Positions 55,718-64,000 of a DNA stretch of 64,000 bases are shown piece after piece. Every line of letters starts with the position of its first letter. The first letter of the stretch is position 1. A program made the position numbers and the translations under genes. The notes below the pieces were generated by a model. The model saw only the letters and a program-made list of their open reading frames with translations. It searched no databases and had not been told where the DNA came from. This DNA is from Tubulanus polymorphus (taxonomy: Eukaryota; Animalia; Nemertea): positions 744,001 to 808,000 of the forward strand of contig NC_134032.1 of the NCBI RefSeq assembly GCF_964204645.1, read 5' to 3'.

Positions 55718-58700
55718 CTTGTCACAGTTTGGTTAGAGCCACCCGATGTTACAACGTTTGATACTGATCGACAGCACTGCGGCCAATATTTATTCCATAT
55801 TATTATCAGAAACGATAAGCCGAACGACGGATTATTACATTACAATTAGTGAGGAACATGATCTAATCGCTGTTACATGGCACAAGCGCGCTCGGGCCAT
55901 GTGAACATTTTCCCACCAGTTTGGTTGGTGGCCTACATTTTGAATTAAATCTAGAAATGTCGATAGCCTTTCTGCAGTTTATACGCATTTTTTTCTCATA
56001 TTTTCCAAGCACCAAGACTTCACCGTCCAGGCTGGCACCATATCATTCAAAGAATTCTTATGAACAATTTATACTTTTGATTAATTGGTACAAACCGAGT
56101 TTTCGCTAGAAGAATAGAATATCTTAGCAGATGAAAATAAAGAAACATTCATCAAAATTCGCGACCGATCCATAGTATCATAGTTACGAGAATTAGAGAG
56201 TCCGTATCGTACGTGATAAGATATTTTGTATTCTGGTGATGAATACGCGCTATTATTTTAGTTCACAGAAATTCCGCTATCGTTGTTCATAGGGGCAGCA
56301 CTGAACGGCTCAGATCTAACAGAGACTCGATAGTCTACTGCGGCATGTAAGGAATACAGAAACTTTTGTAAGTCTCTAGACTGGTTGCCTGTCCAATTCA
56401 ATATGGAAGATAGAGACCGGTAACCAGTCTAGTAAGTCACACATTTCGTCTAGGATAGATCTTGTATCGCCGTTAGAGCTTGATAATAGTTAGAAGCTGC
56501 GCTCTAAAACAATTTTGAAGCCAGTTTTAAATGCTATTAGCCATCACGAGGCTTACTGATGATGGCAATAGCATATAGCCGAAACGTTGTTTGAAAGATA
56601 ATCATTCTAATATAGAATTTTTCATTTTTGGCTGAGTTTATTGTGGGACAATAAACTCAGCAGTCAGGCTTCAATGGTAACCTGATGAACAATCAACTGC
56701 ACTACTCATCACGATCGGCTTGTTCCTTACATTTTGAAAATCCCGCCATAGACTGACCGTAATGTCCAGCGATCTACAGTAATCCCTCGTTAATCCGACG
56801 AAGCTGATTGGCCAGCGTTTGTGACCCGGCCCTTTATTGACTGACTTGAAAATGTCTCGAACCATATACTAGTATCATATACACCTTAGTCGCCTGTGCT
56901 TAGATTTTAGGAAGGACATTGATTGAGTACGTTGAAAAATGAAATATGTATTTCGTGGAATATCTATGTGGATGTATTGCACATTTTGGGACATACACAA
57001 CTTAAATGATTAACTATTTATGACAAATACAACTCGACTTTCGACTCAGTAAACGGAATTTAAAATGACTTCGATAATTGACTCTAAACTCAAAGGATTA
57101 AATTGGCGTTCTTTTCAAATCTTTGGTTTATCACGTCACAAGGATGCCGTAAGGTAAGTGGAACATTTTCGAAGTCGCATCCCGCACCATCGTGTGTTTA
57201 GGCGTAGATGCATCAAAAACCAATAAATGAATCTTTTTCAGTAAAATTGTATTCGTGAGGGGAAAATCGATGTCGAAATCCTAAACCAAACCGGATGAAA
57301 ACCAATAGTCTTTGTATTTGAATCAGAATACGTATAGGAACTCGCCGGTTAAATTTGGACACGATTTGCGTCATTGAAGATATACATTGAAAATGAGAAA
57401 AACGGTAAATGAATTAGAAATTCCTACAATAGAAAAGCTGATATATTCTGTTTGCTGCTGCAGGGGCGGAATTAGGGGGAGCACAGGGTGATTACACCCC
57501 CCATTTTAGCCTAGTCTACATCCACATCTAACAATAGAACATTTCATCCTGTTCAGTTGGATTTCTACATATCCGCGGGTGATTGGACTCGACCTAGAAA
57601 CACGGGTTATTTCACGCCGACTGAGCTGACTGGTCGCTGTGACTTCATCAACTCTATTCAGGTCAGTAGTTTTAGCGATAACTTGTAAATAGTATCTGAA
57701 GAATCGCTGGGGAATCGTTCTTTGAAGAAATTTGACTATTTTGTTCTTAAAAATCTTCAAGGTCGAAAACTAGCAGTAATTACTTATATTAAACTGGATG
57801 ACTTTTAATTCCTGATAAGGAATTAATTATATGCTGTAGTTTGGACGGTGAAATTATAATTGAGTTAGTTTATCTCATATTCTGGACCTCATTGCGCGGA
57901 TGGTTAAGATTTAAAGCAACAGTTTGAATTTCAGGCGTAGATCCAGGGGGTCGCGCCTGGGGCACGCCCTACCCTCTAGATTTAATGGTGATTATCGAAC
58001 CGGCTACAGAACGACCACATAAAAAACAAAACCCTCGAATCTATCTTATTATCATCGATGGTTGTATCTTCACTTCAGCCTTTCTCAGACTCGTTATAGA
58101 TTTCTGTCCATCCATTTCTTACATCCAGCCTGAACTGGCAAGCGACTGATTTGGTTATATTTCAATACATTAATACAATTAAAGATGGTTAGATAAGGCA
58201 AACCAGACACTGGGCTTAAGTTATTGAGAACACTATTGTCTAACATTCGTTGAAATAAAATCGATCATATTAACCAATATTGATAACATACTAGACGTTG
58301 CAAATACAGATTTTAGAATACTAAATTTAAGAAATTATTCCAATACATTTCTATGTAATTAATTAGGATTACTTACCGATCATCGTTGTTAAACATGGAA
58401 AAAATATTTGACGTTATTAGGTTTTGAAATGGGGACCACAGCCCAAGTTGGTATTGAAAGTCATCGGTGCATATTTATTTCGTTGAATTCGTAATGATAT
58501 TTCGGCCGTCGTTACATAAAGCGGGATTGATCATCATCTTAGATTCGCTAGACACAAAACCAGAAACTGAAACTAAGAATAATCATAATTCTTTTAACTT
58601 GTTTGGTAAAACTTACTGAATTCAGTTGTGAATCCCATTGCCGCTCGGGTCCATTATATAACACCAGCCAGTCAGAGCGATATATCCATTCAATGTTACA

Positions 58701-59039
58701 ATGTAAATGTTCAGTTTGTCCAGTTGGATACTTCAATAAATCAGTTTAATCGAACTATATTTTTGTAGATGGTCGACGAGATTTAAACTGAAAATCGTCA
58801 ATATGTTTTAACTATTATCGTCTCTACTAAAAAAACGTACAAACTAGTTCATTTGATAAAACCTTTAATGGTAATGAGATCAGTTCCCTGTTGGTTCACT
58901 GGGGCTTGTATAATGTAGTTAAGCTGGTTCCTATAATCCTTTTACAAATTGTGAGTATTGCAGATGTAGTGTCATTCGGGTATTGTACAGTTAGCCTGGA
59001 ACCTGCATCCCTTCAGATACTTACTATCGCAGTTAGTGT

Positions 59040-59410
59040 CAGATGTGGACGATCAGTTTTTGAAAGTGCGCTGATAAAATGTCTAATGTCTGATGTTTGA
59101 AGTTCATTTTCAATTAGAAATGTCTCAGGTGAAGCACTGAACACATGTGAAGTGTGGACGATCAGTTTTTGAATGTGTGCTGATAAAATGTCTAATGTCC
59201 GGTGTTTGTAGTTCATTTTCAATTAGAAATGTCTCAGGTGAAGCAGTGAACACATGTGAAGTGTGGTCGATCAGTTTTTGAGAGTGCGCCGATAAAATGT
59301 CTAATATCTTGTGTTTGTAGTTCATTTTCAATCAAAAATGTCTCGGATGAAGTACTGAACACATGCGAAGTGTGAATGATCAGTTTTTGAAAGTGTTTTG
59401 ATAAAATATC
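59040..59410. repeat. ~110-bp tandem repeat x3
   Basis: Recurring GATCAGTTTTTGA..GATAAAATGTCTAAT..GTTCATTTTCAATT blocks. Confidence 0.85.
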
Positions 59411-59862
59411 TCTTCCTGATAAGGTATTAACTTTATATGCAGCCAGTTTGGACAGTGGAGTTATAATTAAGTTAGTTTATCTCGCAGGCGTGGATCCATT
59501 AGGACTGATGGACAGTTTTCAACCGTTGAGATATTTTGCTATGGGACATTGCACCATCTAATAAATATTCGCATACAACGAATAATTTGATTGCATTCAT
59601 ATATCAAAATACTATCATACAAAACTGAGTAAATTGACGTGTTAGGTATTATGAGGATCGAATTATCATTTGATGCGAACAGTAGATTGTGAGCTTCATG
59701 TGTTAATGGCTGACTATCAGTCTATTGTCAATGCACAGCAGTGAATCATGCGTTATTAGTTTAACTCGGATGCATGTATCGGTCGAACTTGCGATAGCTA
59801 TGTCATATATTCAACTAAATTCAACTCAAATCGGCCGAACTTATAGTAGCTATATCCTGCTC

Positions 59863-60747
59863 ATGTCTGTGGTGAACAGGTCTGGAATCCACCGCTATTT
59901 CTCACTGGTCGTACTGCCTGGCATGTTCCTTTTAGGAACCTTCGGAAATTCGGCAACTTTCCTGATAATGATCAGTCGCAGATTCCGCGGTTTATCGTAC
60001 GCTAACTATCTGATCGTTTTGTCTGTCAGCGATTCCATGTCATGTATCGATTTCACGCTGATACCGATATTGCAGTTTGTTCTCTTTCACGTTGAAGACG
60101 GTCCTATATTCGTGATCTTTTCACTGATCGGTTGTCAAATATATGAATTTACGATGGCACTTGCAATCTGCAACAGTTCGTGGTTGATAATAGCGATATC
60201 TCTGGAACGAGCGGCAGTTGTTCTCTTCCCGTTCACATCTCGTTTGATATGTACACCGAAATTCGCTAGATTCGCTATATTGATAATTATTGTAGTGAAT
60301 GTCCTCGTCCTGTATCTCACACCAGTTTTGTCGATTCATTTTCCCAACCGGTTTTTTGGATGTTTCTATGAGACATTTGACCAAATAACATATTTTGTGG
60401 TGTTTGGCGCCTACGTTTTCGCACTGCCCTTATCTTTGATTCTAATATCAAATTCTATAATAATAATTCAGTTGTTCAGAGGTTCAAAAATGGTTTCGTC
60501 CGATCAGAAAACTACAAAATCAAAACGTACAACAATAATGCTCGTAACAGTTTCACTCGCATTTGCAATATTTACACTTCCATCCACTATTATCGCATTT
60601 TTATCAATGTCACCGGAACAGAGCGAATTTCTATTTGACGTATTTTTGCATTTTAAAGTTTTTAACTATTCAATAAATTTTTACATATATATTTTACTGG
60701 GACGAGAAATTCGTGAATATTTCTGTATGAAAATCTTTAGAAGGTAA
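59863..60747 (+). CDS. Single-exon class A (rhodopsin-like) GPCR, peptide-receptor-like / invertebrate chemosensory-type
   Basis: Seven hydrophobic segments with GTFGN (TM1), LSVSD (TM2), C and SLERA (TM3), LP (TM5), FAIFTLP (TM6), NYSINFYIY (TM7). Start placed at MSVVN; ORF is open from 59725. Confidence 0.88.
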   Translation: MSVVNRSGIHRYFSLVVLPGMFLLGTFGNSATFLIMISRRFRGLSYANYLIVLSVSDSMSCIDFTLIPILQFVLFHVEDGPIFVIFSLIGCQIYEFTMALAICNSSWLIIAISLERAAVVLFPFTSRLICTPKFARFAILIIIVVNVLVLYLTPVLSIHFPNRFFGCFYETFDQITYFVVFGAYVFALPLSLILISNSIIIIQLFRGSKMVSSDQKTTKSKRTTIMLVTVSLAFAIFTLPSTIIAFLSMSPEQSEFLFDVFLHFKVFNYSINFYIYILLGREIREYFCMKIFRR

Positions 60748-60883
60748 TTCAAATAACCGATGCGTTCCAAAAGTTCACCGCAACTTCCAATCCCGTATTT
60801 TTTGTGGACTCGAGTAGAATACATTCTATTGCAAAATATAGTACTTTGAACAATTGAAACTATCTTAACAATAATGGACAGCA

Positions 60884-61080
60884 CTCATTACGAATTTATA
60901 ATATAAACACTGTATTTACTCCCCCGTTTTAGGGCGTATAATACTGAACTCTACAGACAGTACAACATTTGAGATACATAAAGTGTGTGACAGTAACGCT
61001 GTAGTTATCCGTCACGGGAATAAACGTAATAAACAGTCCTCGCTGAGACTCTATAATATAAACACTGTATTTATTCCCCC
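60884..61080 (+). pseudogene. Fragment homologous to the 3' end of the beta-propeller gene (18586-18738)
   Basis: RIILNSTDSTTFEIHKVCDSNAVVIRHGNKRNKQSSLRLYNINTVF vs RIILNSTDSRTFNIHHVFNSNAVVIHHWDYSDKQNSLRFYNINTEF. Confidence 0.75.
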
Positions 61081-61859
61081 GATTTTTTTTTATCCAAGTT
61101 AAATATCGGACTCGACAAACATCCGAGTTCACTCTGCGCGTGCGCAGTGTATAATCTACTCACCTCGCCCTAGTTACAGTTGGAAAGTATCGTGTCCACA
61201 TATCTACTGTTATCAATGAGGATTGAATTTTGCTTTTGAATTTTTAGATTTGTGCATAGCCATTTCTTTGTATTGTATGATGAGGATGGTAGTGATTTGA
61301 ATACTTGATTATATGTATCATAAACATGATTTCTCTAGATACGATTTCATGAATAATGAATGCATAATAGATACATGAATAATGTGGTGGATGATAAAGT
61401 GAGGTATAATCTGATCTATTCTCCAGTTTGGCTTTTCTAAACTACTTTTCTATTCGTTTTACACTGGCTGTTCCAACGTGCATATATGCAGTAAACGACG
61501 CCATCTTTTAGCGCCGGTGAACATTAACCGTTAGCAGGAAAGGCGCTATACAAGTGTGACAATTATTATTATCATTATTATTATCATCATTATACGAGGA
61601 TGACAAGTGGCCCTTGTATTTCGGCTTGGATTATAAACATAATGGAAAAAACGACGTTATGACATTAAAAAAGCGAACGTTCATGAGCTATTTGGACCAT
61701 TTGCAACTGAACTCATGAAGTAATTCATGATAGATTCAAATCGACTTTCAACTCAGGATACTAATGTGGCTATTAAGAGTCACATGCATTAATCTTTACA
61801 TGATCTCGAGTATAGGATAAACGCAAAACGTTGTTGTTGGGCAAAAACGAAAACTTCGG

Positions 61860-64000
61860 AAAAGGAAAAGTTTCGTTTTTGCTCCATAATATTCGTTTTT
61901 GCACCCGGCAAAAAACGAATTACGTTTTACTGCTACCGCTTTTTAAAAACGAAATATCATAGAGCAAAAACGAAAAGATTCGTTTTTGCTCCATGATTTT
62001 TCGTTTTTGCATAATAGTTGTTTTGCGCGGTAGAAAAAAACTAACTTTCGTTTGTGCTACCGCACAAAAACGAAATAGCTCCATGATTTTTCGTTTTTGT
62101 TCCATTATATTCGTTTTTGTGCCCTAGAAAAATAACCAGTTTTTGCCACCGCACAAAACGAAATATCATAGAGCAAAATCGAAAATATTCGTTTTTGCTC
62201 CATGATTTTTCGTTTTTGGTCCATTATAATCGTTCTTGTGCCCTGGAAAAAAAAAAACCAGTGTTTGCTTCCGCACAAAACGAAATATCATAGAGAAAAA
62301 TCGAAAAGCTTCGTTTTTTTCTCCATTTTATTCGTTGTTGTGCCCTGGAAAAAAAATCAGTGTTTGCTTCCGCACAAAACGAAATATCATAGAGCAAAAT
62401 CGAAAAGATTCGTTTTTGCTCCATGATTTTTCGTTTTTGCTCCATTTTATTCCTTGTTGTGCCCTGGAAAAAAAATCAGTGTTTGCTTCCGCACAAAACG
62501 AAATATCATAGAGCAAAATCGAAAAGATTCGTTTTTGCTCCATGATTTTTCGTTTTTGCTCCATTTTATTCCTTGTTGTGCCCTGGAAAAAAACCAGTGT
62601 TTGCTTCCGCACAAGACGAAATATCATAGAGCAGAGACGAAAATATTCGTTTTTGCTCCATGAGTTTTCGTTTTAGCTCCATTATTTTCGTTTTTGTGCC
62701 CTAGAAAAATAACCAGTTTTTGCCACCGCACAAAACGAAATATCATAGAGCAAAAACGAAAAGATTCGTTTTTGCTCCATGATTTTTCGTTTTAGCTCCA
62801 TTTTATTTGTTTTTGTGCCCTAGCAAAAACCACCTCGTTTTTGCTACCGAACAAAACGAAATATCATAGAGCAAAAACGAAAATATTCGTTTTTGCTCCA
62901 TGATTTTTCGTTTTAGCTCCATTATTTTCGTTTTTGTGCCCAAGAAAAAAATCAGTTTTTGCCACCGCACAAAACGAAATATCATGGAGCAAAAACGAAA
63001 ATATTCGTTTTTGCTCCATGATTTTTCGTTTTTGGTCCATTATATTCGTTTTTGTGCCCTAGAAAAATAACCAGTTTTTGCTTCCGCACAAAACGAAATA
63101 TCATGGAGCAAAATCGAAAAGATTCGTTTTTGCTCCATGATTTTTCGTTTGAGCTCCATTTTATTTGTTTTTGTGCCCTAGCAAAAACCACCTCGTTTTT
63201 GCTACCGCACAAAACGAAATATCATAGAGCAAAAACGAAAATATTCGTTTTTGCTCCATGATTTTTCGTTTGAGCTCCATTTTATTTGTTTTTGTGCCCT
63301 AGCAAAAACCACCTCGTTTTTGCTACCGAACAAAACGAAATATCATAGAACAAAAACGAAAAGATTCGTTTTTGCTCCATGATTTTTCGTTTTAGCTCCA
63401 TTTCATTTGTTTTTGTGCCCAAGAAAAAAACCAGTTTTTGCCACCGCACAAAACGAAATATCATAGAGCAAAAACGAAAATATTCGTTTTTGCTCCATGA
63501 TTTTTCGTTTTAGCTCCATTATTTTCGTTTTTGTGCCCAAGAAAAAAATCAGTTTTTGCCACCGCACAAAACGAAATATCATGGAGCAAAAACGAAAATA
63601 TTCGTTTTTGCTCCATGCTTTTTCGTTTTTGGTCCATTATATTCGTTTTTGTGCCCTAGAAAAATAACCAGTTTTTGCTTCCGCACAAAACGAAATATCA
63701 TAGAGCAAAATCGAAAAGATTCGTTTTTGCTCCATGATTTTTCGTTTTAGCTCCATTTTATTTGTTTTTGTGCCCTAGCAAAAACCACCTCGTTTTTGCT
63801 ACCGAACAAAACGAAATATCATAGAACAAAAACGAAAAGATTCGTTTTTGCTCCATGATTTTTCGTTTTAGCTCCATTTCATTTGTTTTTGTGCCCAAGA
63901 AAAAAACCAGTTTTTGCCACCGCACAAAACGAAATATCATAGAGCAAAAACGAAAATATTCGTTTTTGCTCCATGATTTTTCGTTTTAGCTCCATTATTT
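61860..64000. repeat. ~119-bp satellite DNA (>=17 units, continues past window) with internal palindrome GAGCAAAAACGAA..TTCGTTTTTGCTC
   Basis: Direct tandem periodicity. Confidence 0.97.

Noticed and set aside
61920-63940. Many short ORFs in the terminal region, and those at 35044-35532, 48423-48824, 53175-53567
   Set aside because: Artefacts of satellite periodicity.

Overview
Intron-rich, repeat-dense eukaryotic (marine invertebrate-like, probably lophotrochozoan; inference) genomic DNA. From left to right: (1) the 3' part of a PHF20/PHF20L1/MBD-R2-like chromatin reader (+; Tudor, C2H2, PHD); (2) a 2-exon ~1154-aa coiled-coil/beta-propeller-like protein (+) whose intron holds a 1.6-kb foldback element with Polinton/Maverick-like termini and a 6-bp TSD; (3) an SLC17A5/sialin-like MFS transporter (-) in which the single 156-nt exon encoding TM9-TM10 is present as SIX intact, diverged tandem copies, a candidate Dscam-style mutually exclusive exon array; (4) a tandem segmental duplication (-) carrying two copies of an unrecognised secreted prepro-protein, a complete astacin + 2xShK metalloprotease, and a collapsed paralog retaining only signal peptide and last ShK domain; (5) a single-exon class A GPCR (+); (6) a ~119-bp satellite running off the end. 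Two families of minimal hammerhead-ribozyme motifs (167-bp retrozyme-like tandem arrays and Penelope-like inverted-repeat units) are scattered through introns, along with many MITEs, SINEs and minisatellites. Exon boundaries were read by eye from GT-AG sites and reading-frame continuity; no database searches were run.
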